From: Nocardioides psychrotolerans | GTDB lineage: Bacteria; Actinomycetota; Actinomycetes; Propionibacteriales; Nocardioidaceae | Direction of reading: 5' to 3' | Length of the DNA stretch: 64,000 nt | Assembly: GCF_943371775.1 (NCBI RefSeq) | Contig: NZ_CALRWD010000015.1 | Span: 5,021-69,020 of the forward strand | Shown: in pieces, positions 1-8,123 of the stretch | Layout: every line of letters starts with the position of its first letter | How positions within the stretch are numbered: the first letter of the stretch is position 1 | Made by a program: the position numbers and the translations under genes | The notes under the pieces: model-generated | What the model was told of the DNA's origin: nothing | What the model saw: only the letters and a program-made list of their open reading frames with translations | The model's database searches: none

Positions 1-129
1 AGGCGGAATGACGCGCGTCTCGGCGGGATGGCCGCGCCCAATCCGAGCCTTGTGTGGAACGCCGTCGAGTTGGTGCAGCTTGCGTTCGGGGCAGAAATGT
101 CGGAGGGGTTCTCTAGTCTGCTCTTGTGA
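1..129 (+). CDS. Partial 3' end of an unidentified gene entering from the left edge
   Basis: Frame 1 is open from base 1 to TGA at 127-129, with mostly G/C third positions. The stop overlaps the GTG start at 126 (GTGA), suggesting coupling to the next gene. Too short to identify. Confidence 0.3.
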   Translation, partial: RRNDARLGGMAAPNPSLVWNAVELVQLAFGAEMSEGFSSLLL

Positions 130-1073
130 CAGACACCGTGCTTCAGTCGCTGCGTGAGCGGGTCCTTGACGAGACCGAACCGCTCGCTGGGCTACTCCGC
201 AAGTGCCTCATCCTCGGCGCCGATACTGGCTCGGACTCGCTGCGCAATTGGGCTCGCCTGGAGCTCAATGGCTACGGCGACGACGATGACGTGCCGTCAT
301 ACCGACGCTTGCCGAATCCGACGATCACTTACGACTCGATGAGTGGGAACACCTGGATGACAAACGGCACGATGGACGCGCTCCAGCTGCCGGCGGAGGC
401 ACGGGAGCACATGCCCGGTTACCTCGCCTGCAAGCAGCCCATCGAGGAACTCGAAGAGTTGGCAAAGACGAAAGCTGTCTCCATGCGGACGGGGCACCTC
501 TCGTTCTCCGAGATGGTGTGGAACTCGAAGCTTAGTCCTTTTCAGCAAGTCATGAACCTGCGGTACTCGATGACCGGGTCGGTCTTCACAGGCTTGGTGG
601 GGCAAGTGCGGACCAAGCTCGTGGACATCGTTGCTGATCTCACTGCTGGCGTCCCGCTGACAGAACTGCCGCCAACCGCCCGGGTGGACGAGGTCATGCG
701 CGAGAGGGTCGGGCACGTTGGCGACATCTACAACACCAACGTCAACTATCCGACTGGGCCAACGGCGGTCGGCCAGGAAGCTATCGCGAAGAGCGAGGGC
801 ATGACAGTCGCCGAGGTCATCGCGCTTCTTGCTGAGATACAGCGGACGCTTGCATCGGCCCCGGCGGGTACAGCCCGAGACGAGGCGGGCAGCGCCTTGG
901 TCGAACTGCGGGAGGTGGTTGAGCAGGACAAGCCCGACAGGGGCGAGGTCGTCAGGCGCACCGGACGGCTGCGAGCGGCAATCGGCAGGCTCGGAAATGC
1001 GGGCGCCACCGCTGCGACGTCGCGTGCAGCGGAAGCGCTCACCGACATGGCGATGAACGGCCAGTTCTCTTAG
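126..1073 (+). CDS. AbiTii-like abortive-infection domain protein (315 aa)
   Basis: The N-terminus (LQSLRERVLDETEPLAGLLRKCLILGA...LRNWARLELNGYGDDDDVPSYRRL) matches the AbiTii domain pattern as I remember it (LLRK..L....L..W...ELNGY...P.YR). The C-terminal half looks helical/coiled. Confidence 0.6.
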   Translation: MTDTVLQSLRERVLDETEPLAGLLRKCLILGADTGSDSLRNWARLELNGYGDDDDVPSYRRLPNPTITYDSMSGNTWMTNGTMDALQLPAEAREHMPGYLACKQPIEELEELAKTKAVSMRTGHLSFSEMVWNSKLSPFQQVMNLRYSMTGSVFTGLVGQVRTKLVDIVADLTAGVPLTELPPTARVDEVMRERVGHVGDIYNTNVNYPTGPTAVGQEAIAKSEGMTVAEVIALLAEIQRTLASAPAGTARDEAGSALVELREVVEQDKPDRGEVVRRTGRLRAAIGRLGNAGATAATSRAAEALTDMAMNGQFS

Positions 1074-1388
1074 ACAGGGACTTCGCCGTGTCAAGCGCGC
1101 GGCCAGTAGCGGTCGCTCGGGGCGAACCGCGAAGACTTCCACTCAGCGTGGCCCGCACCGCCCCACCTATGACGACAGAGAACAGGTAAGGGGAACGCGG
1201 TGGAAAGACCGCCCTCAAGTGCTTTCGCAGCGGCAGATCCGGTAGTTGCTCTACTCAGCGCAGGACCGCGAGGGTCTCCACAGAATGGCCCGTGTGCGGG
1301 CCAGTAACTCGGATACTCCGAGCGGCGGTCTGGACATTGCACGAAAGTGTCGGCGGCGGCCGATAGACCATGTGCCGGAGGTGGGTCG

Positions 1389-2096
1389 ATGCCGCTGTCA
1401 GGTCTGGTCGATGGGGAACCGGTGGTGAGCTGCCTGCTCACCGAGGAAGAGTGGTCGCAGCTCAGGGGCGACGTCCGGGCGAAGCGCCGTACCGTGACGA
1501 TGCGCTGCGGGTGGAAGGGGCAGGCCAAGACCAGCAAGCTCGGCACCCAGTACTTCGCCCACGCCCCGGGCGGCGACGGCTGCAGTGCCGGCGAGACCGC
1601 ACAGCACCTGCGTGCGAAGGCGATCATCGTCGAAGCGATCACCCGAGCCGGCTGGACCGCTCAGACCGAGGTCCCGGGAGAGGGGTGGGTCGCGGACGTG
1701 ATGGCGACCCGTGGAGATGTGTACGTCGTGTTCGAGGTCCAGTGGTCCCGGCAGGACCTCGCCGTGTACCGACACCGCCAGCAGCGCTACCGCGACGCCG
1801 GCATCGACGCGATCGCATGGTTCGCCCGCCACTACGACGATCTGCCACGAGCCGACAAGGAGCTCCCGGTGTTCGGTCTGGACGTCGACGACGCAGGGGA
1901 GGCGACCGCCATGGTCGGCGTGAAGACGCTCCCGCTCGCCGAGGCGGTCGACCGACTCCTGACCCGCCGGCTGCAACACCGCGACCACCTCGCGAATGGC
2001 CAGCCAGCCGACGCGTTCGTCGTCGCAGCAGTGATCGCGTGCTACCGGTGTCACAAGGGGTTCGGTGTGTGGACCGCCCGCCAGACCACGGTCTAG
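1389..2096 (+). CDS. CoiA-like PD-(D/E)xK nuclease family protein, ending at an in-frame TAG
   Basis: ATG 1389 is preceded by GGAGGTG. Motifs YFAHAP, CSAGETAQHLRAK, EVPGEGWVADV, VVFEVQWS and RQQRYRDAGIDAIAWF follow the CoiA layout (HFAH / ES..H..K / E..PDV / E.Q.S / R..Y..G...W). Confidence 0.7.
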   Translation: MPLSGLVDGEPVVSCLLTEEEWSQLRGDVRAKRRTVTMRCGWKGQAKTSKLGTQYFAHAPGGDGCSAGETAQHLRAKAIIVEAITRAGWTAQTEVPGEGWVADVMATRGDVYVVFEVQWSRQDLAVYRHRQQRYRDAGIDAIAWFARHYDDLPRADKELPVFGLDVDDAGEATAMVGVKTLPLAEAVDRLLTRRLQHRDHLANGQPADAFVVAAVIACYRCHKGFGVWTARQTTV

Positions 2097-2108
2097 GGCA
2101 ACTGCGGC

Positions 2109-2615
2109 GTGAGGGACTTCCGCTACCGCTCCACCGGCGTCTTCGCCGAGCATCGGCCAGAAACCATCCCCTCGATCCGGGAGGCAGGCGAGCAGCTCGC
2201 CCGCGACCTGGGGGTGCAGCCAGGCAGGATCTTCCGCCGCCACACCGAGACAGCCGGCATGCACTACATGGCGTTCACCTGCCCGCACTGCAACGCCACG
2301 TGCGGGGACATGTTCGTCGAGGCGCTGTTCAAGGGCCGGCCCCGCGTCCGTTCGCGCTCCGTGAGCATTCCGCCGACAGCGCTGGCACGTCCGCACTGGT
2401 GCCCGGCTGGAGACGGCGGCCTGTGCCTCGTTCCGCCCGAATCAGTGCTGGCCGAGCTCGCCCGACTCAGCGGCCCCAAGATCGACCCGCTGCCCGGCGG
2501 AAAGCGTCTCAAGCGCAGAGGTGCCTCGGAGGCGGCCGTGACCCTCAGCCCGGTCGGGACTCACGGCGGGATTCCGGCCCACGAGGTCGTCGCGCGCACG
2601 TTCGGATGGCACTAA
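2109..2615 (+). CDS. Same-frame ORF downstream of the TAG; probable C-terminal part of the CoiA-like protein (Cys-rich)
   Basis: It lies in the same reading frame as 1389-2096, separated only by TAG 2094-2096 and 4 codons. There is no SD before GTG 2109. It contains FTCPHCNATCGD, complementing CYRCH just before the stop. Confidence 0.4.
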   Translation: MRDFRYRSTGVFAEHRPETIPSIREAGEQLARDLGVQPGRIFRRHTETAGMHYMAFTCPHCNATCGDMFVEALFKGRPRVRSRSVSIPPTALARPHWCPAGDGGLCLVPPESVLAELARLSGPKIDPLPGGKRLKRRGASEAAVTLSPVGTHGGIPAHEVVARTFGWH

Positions 2616-2908
2616 CTCTGACCCTGGCGGTGTCGCGGCGGATAGACGCACCCCCTCGCAGGGCGTTCCGCGAGCCCCCGGTTCACATGGAACTCGGCGT
2701 GTATCAATCACACACGACTGCTCGCCTCATGGTGCCGTCGAGATAGGCCGAGAGCTTTCGCGGTGTCGTCGGAGCCCTGCGCGTTTGTCACGGAGCACAA
2801 GACCACCCTCGCGGCCCGCAGAGACAAGTCGGGACACTGAACTGCTCTTGACTTGACTACCTACGAACCGCCCCGCTAATTACCGAGGGGAAGCAGGCGC
2901 GGTTCCAG

Positions 2909-4033
2909 TTACGTCTGCCTCCGGGCGGCGCGGTCGCTCAGGTGCACCACGCCGGCGACTGGCTCGTCGTCGTCGAGCTCCTGTTCAGGAACCCAGTGCT
3001 GCAGAAGCTCGACCGGGGTACCTATCAGGTAAGACACTCGCGCGGCGAACTGCGGCCCGTGCGCCCGATGAAGTGACTGTCCAAGCAGCAGCGGCCGCTC
3101 GACTGCGACGGGCACGGGCTCCTGCTCCTTCTTCCAGCCGATCGACGACATCTGGATGTAGAGACTGCGTACGCGATGATCAGACACTAAGCCGAGGCGT
3201 TGGCCGCGGAGGATCAGTGCGCGGACAGATACTCCGTAGTCGGCCTTAACCCGGAGGTAGCCCTGCAGGGTAAGTGTCTCGCTAAGGTGCTGCCGCGCGA
3301 TCGGCTCGGGCACGAGCAGCGCGCCTGCGAAAGCGTGTGCCCTCTTCTCCCGCTGGTCGCGGGTGCTGTTGAGCGGAGTCTTGAGGTCGCCGTCAGCGAT
3401 AATGTGGAAGAGTTCGTGCGCGATCGCCCACCGGAGCGTGTCGCCTGTGTGCTTGCCGACTATGGCGATGAGCGGCCGCTCGGACTCGGCCGGCCGAGAC
3501 AGCCCGGTGTGGTCGCCTGGGTCGTCGCTCCTTGCCGGGTCGAGGTCGATGATCACGCCGATGCCGAGCTTCTCGCAAAGGCGGGTCATGTTCTTGATCG
3601 GCGTGTGGGGTCTGAGTCCGGCCGACCGTCTCACGGCGGCGGCGATCGCCTCGACGTCGTGGTCGTGCGCAGCAGGGTCAGGGAGGCGGGCAGCGTGGTA
3701 GTCCGTAGTAGTAGACGTGTAGCGGAACAGCCGCAGCGCTTCGTTGTAGGTCTCAACGACCTGGGACTCGTCTCGGGCCCGCGCGCTGGCCTTCTTCCAG
3801 AATGTCACCGGCATCGCGTCGACCGGGTTTGACTGCACCCAGAGGAAGCTCATGGGTACCCGGTAGACGGTGCTGGCTCGGTGCGCGAGCTCTGTGGAGA
3901 TGGGGCGCGACCCCGACTTGACTTGCGACAAGTAGGACCCGGAGACCCCCAGGTCGGCAGCCATCTGCGTCTGCGTGACGCCCCGGAGTTTTTGGAGCGC
4001 AGTCAGCCGGTCTGCCTGCGGTGCATCAGTCAT
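2909..4033 (-). CDS. XRE-family HTH fused to an ImmA/IrrE (M78, DUF955) zinc metallopeptidase (374 aa)
   Basis: HTH: LRGVTQTQMAADLGVSGSYLSQVKSG. HExxH: AIAHELFHII, followed by EKRAHAFAGALLVP. ATG 4033 overlaps the upstream gene's stop (ATGACTGA). Confidence 0.85.
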   Translation of the reverse strand: MTDAPQADRLTALQKLRGVTQTQMAADLGVSGSYLSQVKSGSRPISTELAHRASTVYRVPMSFLWVQSNPVDAMPVTFWKKASARARDESQVVETYNEALRLFRYTSTTTDYHAARLPDPAAHDHDVEAIAAAVRRSAGLRPHTPIKNMTRLCEKLGIGVIIDLDPARSDDPGDHTGLSRPAESERPLIAIVGKHTGDTLRWAIAHELFHIIADGDLKTPLNSTRDQREKRAHAFAGALLVPEPIARQHLSETLTLQGYLRVKADYGVSVRALILRGQRLGLVSDHRVRSLYIQMSSIGWKKEQEPVPVAVERPLLLGQSLHRAHGPQFAARVSYLIGTPVELLQHWVPEQELDDDEPVAGVVHLSDRAARRQT

Positions 4034-4691
4034 CGCCGTCCACTGCCTCGTCGATCTCGGCCGCGTAGAGGTCGATGTCCTCGTCGTCGCCGACGAACTC
4101 GCGGTTGTCGAAGATCGTGCCGCCGGGCAGTACGTCGAGGGAGAAGTCGAGGGGCACCTTGCGTCCGTACCGACCCGGCGCGATCGGGCGGACCACCCGG
4201 AGCTTGAAGCCATCTTCGGCGCGCGCGCCCGCGTTGTCCCACAGCATCAACAGCCGGTGGAGCTTCGGTTCTTCGGTGACTATTGCCAGGTCCTCTAACG
4301 GCTGGTCCTGAATGCTCCAAGCCATACCGTCGCCGTTTGTCCAGGCGCGCCGACGCGCGGGGTTGCGACCGGCGGGCGGGGTACCCCCGACGTACGACTT
4401 CCGCTCCTTGAGGAAGCGCACGTCGATATCGGCGTCCTGGTTGGTCAGGCTGAGCTGGCCCATGAGGCGGCTGTCTCCGGTCAGCTCCCATCCGTCCGGA
4501 AGGCCGTTCTCCTTGAACCGCTCGCGGAGGTCGCAGCGGACCATCATTGGCAGGGCGTGGGGATACTCCTTGCGGTCGAGGCCGGCGACTCGCGCGCGGG
4601 ATCGGTCGATCGCCTCGGCGAGCGAGGAGTAAGCGTGCGGGCCCAGGACCCCGATTTCGGCGGTGAGAGCGGTCCGGAGGTGATTGTCCAT
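4026..4691 (-). CDS. Hypothetical 222-aa protein with a strongly acidic C-terminal tail; no family recognised
   Basis: ATG 4691 (MDNHLRTALTAEIG). Codon usage is GC3-rich after this start, while the upstream in-frame extension is AT-rich with rare codons. There is an 8-nt overlap with the HTH-ImmA gene. The tail is DDEDIDLYAAEIDEAVDGDD. Confidence 0.65.
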   Translation of the reverse strand: MDNHLRTALTAEIGVLGPHAYSSLAEAIDRSRARVAGLDRKEYPHALPMMVRCDLRERFKENGLPDGWELTGDSRLMGQLSLTNQDADIDVRFLKERKSYVGGTPPAGRNPARRRAWTNGDGMAWSIQDQPLEDLAIVTEEPKLHRLLMLWDNAGARAEDGFKLRVVRPIAPGRYGRKVPLDFSLDVLPGGTIFDNREFVGDDEDIDLYAAEIDEAVDGDD

Positions 4692-4720
4692 GCTTAAGGT
4701 CCGTTCGGTAGAGCCAAAAT

Positions 4721-4735
4721 GCTTAATCTTTAAGC
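4721..4735 (-). promoter_or_regulatory. Perfect palindrome GCTTAA-N3-TTAAGC in the AT-rich region upstream of the 4691 operon; candidate operator
   Basis: The sequence gcttaatctttaagc lies 30-44 nt upstream of the ATG. A related GCTTAAG sits at 4692-4698. Local GC is far below the genome background. Confidence 0.35.
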
Positions 4736-5078
4736 AGGAATGTAACATGCGACCGTTGGCCACGCGACCTGCTCCACCCGGCGTGTTGCTCTGCTCGAAA
4801 TGCTTTGACTTGCTCAGCGGGCATCCACTGCGCCTCTGTGATCCGAGCGCGCAGATCGGCGTCGTCGTGAAACCGCTAGCGCATGGTCCGAGCGCAACCG
4901 ACCTCGACTGAGAAGGCAGCCCTCCGCCTTGCGCCCAACGCTCGTCGAGCCCACGCTGCCGCGCCATCACCTAGCCGAAGCGGTCCAGATCGCCCAGCGG
5001 CCCACCGTCGCACGGCAGCCGCGCGTCATGTCCTCTTGAACGGTGCATCAATCTGGGCGGAGCTGAGGCGTTCGGTGT

Positions 5079-5993
5079 CTAGACGCCGGCGACGTATGCG
5101 GTCAGGAAGTGGACTCCGTGTCGGTCGAGGTTGCCGCGGGCGCGGTCGTAGTGCTCGGTCGTTCGTGGGTCGGCGTGGCGGGCCAGGATCTGGGCGTCTC
5201 GGAGCGGCACCCCTGCGTCGAGAGCGTTGGTGATGGCGGCGTGCCGCAGAGAGTGCGGACTGATGTGCCGTGGAATGCCGGCAACCTTCGCGATCCGGGC
5301 GACCATCCGGTACGCGTCGCGGCGGTCGATCGGGTTCCCCGAGACGGGTCGCAGGATGAGGGATCCGGTGCTGCGCTGGCTGCGGCAGGCTTCCAAGACG
5401 CGGAGGACGGGCACGGTGATCGGCATGGTGGCGGGCTTGTTGCCCTTACCGACCAGGTGCAGCACTCGGTGGCCTCGGAGGGTCTCGGCGTAGTCCTCGA
5501 TCCGCACGGCTGCGGCTTCGGATGCTCTGAGAGCGTTGATGCCGAGCAGGTAGGCCAACGCTCCGTGGTGAACGGTGAGGGTCTGAGCGACCTGGAGGAA
5601 CCGGATGAGTTCCAGCCGGTCCAGTCCCTGGGTTCGGGACTCGTCGCGGTGGACCTTCGGGAGCCTCGCGTACACGGCTGGGTCCGCAACGATGAGCCCG
5701 TCGATATGCGCGAACCGAAAGAAGCCTCGGACCGCGTGCATCATCGTGACGACGGAAGAGTCCATCAGGCCCGAGTCGCCGAGTTGGCGGATGTAGAGCT
5801 CGATGTGAGCGCGCTGAATCCCCTGCAATGGGTCAAGCCCGTGGTTCTCGCACCAGGCGAACCAGCGTCGCAGCTGGGAGGCGTACAGCCGGTGGGTGTG
5901 TCCGGAGTAGCGGGCGAGATAGGAGACCGCCGCCAGTTGTGCGGGCGACATCTCGGTCGGTTGGAAGGGTAGGAGTGCGGTCGTGCCTGACAT
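5079..5993 (-). CDS. Tyrosine recombinase, XerC/XerD-like phage integrase family (304 aa)
   Basis: C-terminal catalytic region: HSLRHAAITNALDAGVPLRDAQILARHADPRTTEHYD. ATG 5993 has GAGGTG upstream. Confidence 0.85.
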   Translation of the reverse strand: MSGTTALLPFQPTEMSPAQLAAVSYLARYSGHTHRLYASQLRRWFAWCENHGLDPLQGIQRAHIELYIRQLGDSGLMDSSVVTMMHAVRGFFRFAHIDGLIVADPAVYARLPKVHRDESRTQGLDRLELIRFLQVAQTLTVHHGALAYLLGINALRASEAAAVRIEDYAETLRGHRVLHLVGKGNKPATMPITVPVLRVLEACRSQRSTGSLILRPVSGNPIDRRDAYRMVARIAKVAGIPRHISPHSLRHAAITNALDAGVPLRDAQILARHADPRTTEHYDRARGNLDRHGVHFLTAYVAGV

Positions 5994-6401
5994 GGAGACA
6001 CCTCGCGGCGGCTTGATTTGCCCGGCCCCGCCCGCCGTCACCGCGACTCGGAGTCTGGCCTATCGACGCTAGTCCTCCCACCCGACTCTGGGCGTCCGCT
6101 GAGCGGCGGTTTGACGCATCCATTCCGGCTGCACGTTCGCCCAACCCGTTGTTGACGTCAGAAGGTCGGGAGTCGTCTCAGCGGCGACGCAGGGGCGTCA
6201 ATTGGGACAGGGCAACGGCGCCGGTCCCGATTCCCTTCGAGCTCAAGGCTCGGCATGATCCGTTTTGGGTCTGTGGCTCCCGTGGCCAGATCCGGTAACG
6301 CGCCGTACCCGCTAGGCAGCGTGCATGGGACGGAGGGACCTGGGCATTCATGCCCCGTAGCGCGATGACGGAGCCGCGGCTTGGCATAGTGGGGGTGGCC
6401 G

Positions 6402-8123
6402 TTAACGACTACGAGGAACGTAGGCCAGGAACGGCGATGCCCGTCGAGACCAGGTACCCCCCCGGTTGGTGACGGTGCGTGGCCGCGTGAGAAGTAATAG
6501 CCGACTCGGGCGGGTCACCGCAACATAGAATGCCCGCATCTCGGCCTCCCGGTCCTCGGGACTCTTCGCTCGGAAGTGGGGGAACTGCTCATCGTTTAGC
6601 CCAATGACTGCAACAGCACGGTACTCACGGCCCTGAGCCTTATGCACAGTGTGAAGTCGCACGCCGACCTCGTCATCCTCGCCGCGCTGCCAGCGCGATA
6701 CAAACAACTCGAACCGCGGCCAGTCGCGATCGCTAGCGGGCGTCTGATTGCAAAATGCGCGCCAGGCGGCGACGATCTCGTCCTGATCATGGGTCCACGC
6801 GACATCGTCGTCCCTCTGGAACTCGCCCACGAGCCGCACGAATTGGGAGGGGCTCATAGGCATCTCGACTTCACTCAAGAGAGCGTTGTCCGAGCCGGAG
6901 TCGAGGTGGCGTTCCAAGCGCCGCGTCGAGACGGCGGAGTGGGGCCTGTGCGTGGCTTGGAGCCATGCAGTCTGCGCGATGGAGGAACTCAACCAGTCGT
7001 CGGCGTGAGCGGCCACCGAGACCGCTATACCTGCCCGCCCGAAAGCTTCCTCGCATGCTCGTAGACCCCACGCCGTGCGGGCCAGCACGGCGATTTCCCG
7101 GTCTCGCAGCCTAGGGTCCTCCCCGGGGGAAAGAGCGCCAGTGGGAAGCCCGCTGGACAAGAGACGACCGACCCAAGCCACTACGGCCTCAGCTTCGGCT
7201 TGCTCGTCGGGGAGCTCTTCAACCTCGACGCTGCCAGGGGCGGCGTATCGCTGGTCGATTGATTGCGGGTCGCCGAGGGCCCGCGCAACCGCGTCGCCGA
7301 TCAGGACGATTGCCGCAGCAGAGCGGAAGTTCTGTGTGAGCGCAATTGTTCGCGCCCTGAACACCTCGGCGAAGGTCTGCAGGTGCCGCGTGCTGGCTCC
7401 GGCAAAACCGACGATCGACTGTTTGTCATCACCGACGAACACCGCGTTGACGTTGTGAGCGCCAACATCGAGGATCTTGCGGAGCAGGTGGAATTGCGAC
7501 GCGGTTAGGTTCTGCGCCTCGTCGACAACGATATGGCGGTAGAGGCGCCCAATTAGCGAGCCCACCCTTGGCACGTCCACGAGTTCGGACGCCATTACCA
7601 GCATCGCCTCATAGTCGAGCGCGCCAGCATCGGCAAGCGCCTCGCTCCATTCCGTCGAGTGTGGGTGTTCTCGGCGCGTGGCGCGGGCTAAGTCGAGAGA
7701 TTCGAGCACCGCTTTGGTGTCCGGTAGGGCAGGCAGGCCAGCGCCCATGCGCCAAGCGTCGAAGAGGTCAACTCGGTCAGTAAGGTCGGTGACAACCACA
7801 GGGTCCGAAGGTAGCCCCAGCCACGTGCCGTACTGGAGCAACAGACCTTGGGCGAATCCGTGGATCGTGTCAGTCTGAGCGCGTCGCCCCTCATCGCCGA
7901 GTCGCGCGGCAAACCGGTCGTGCAGTTCGCGTGTGGCACGCCGCGTATATGACAAAGCCAGTACCCGGAAGCCGGACTCGGCGCGCAGCAACCGCTCGAG
8001 ACGCTGAGCGACTACCTCGGTCTTGCCGCTCCCCGCGCTGGCGAGCACGCGCAGAAACTGATCGTCAGCTTCAACCGCGGCGAGCTGCTCGTCGCTAAGG
8101 GTCACCTCATGATTCTCCCGCAT
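6402..8123 (-). CDS. gajB: UvrD/PcrA/Rep-like superfamily-1 helicase (GajB-like)
   Basis: Walker A ASAGSGKTEV, motif II VVDEAQNL, and late motif TVHKAQGREYRAVAV. ATG 8123 has GGAGG upstream and overlaps the upstream OLD gene by 17 nt. Confidence 0.8.
   Translation of the reverse strand: MRENHEVTLSDEQLAAVEADDQFLRVLASAGSGKTEVVAQRLERLLRAESGFRVLALSYTRRATRELHDRFAARLGDEGRRAQTDTIHGFAQGLLLQYGTWLGLPSDPVVVTDLTDRVDLFDAWRMGAGLPALPDTKAVLESLDLARATRREHPHSTEWSEALADAGALDYEAMLVMASELVDVPRVGSLIGRLYRHIVVDEAQNLTASQFHLLRKILDVGAHNVNAVFVGDDKQSIVGFAGASTRHLQTFAEVFRARTIALTQNFRSAAAIVLIGDAVARALGDPQSIDQRYAAPGSVEVEELPDEQAEAEAVVAWVGRLLSSGLPTGALSPGEDPRLRDREIAVLARTAWGLRACEEAFGRAGIAVSVAAHADDWLSSSIAQTAWLQATHRPHSAVSTRRLERHLDSGSDNALLSEVEMPMSPSQFVRLVGEFQRDDDVAWTHDQDEIVAAWRAFCNQTPASDRDWPRFELFVSRWQRGEDDEVGVRLHTVHKAQGREYRAVAVIGLNDEQFPHFRAKSPEDREAEMRAFYVAVTRPSRLLLLTRPRTVTNRGGTWSRRASPFLAYVPRSR

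Noticed and set aside
4026-4691. HEPN-like Rx4H motif (RKEYPH) in the 222-aa unknown protein.
   Set aside because: A six-residue pattern occurs by chance in many proteins. There is no surrounding helical HEPN context that I can verify.
4692-4970. Longer N-terminal extension of the 222-aa ORF (track start 4970, or ATG 4748).
   Set aside because: The extension runs through the AT-rich promoter/palindrome region and uses rare A/T-ending codons, unlike the rest of the gene. ATG 4691 restores normal codon bias.
6178-6387. 69-aa ORF in the spacer between the helicase and the recombinase genes.
   Set aside because: It has no SD, atypical composition and no recognisable motif. The region is more likely non-coding (a possible recombination site or promoter).
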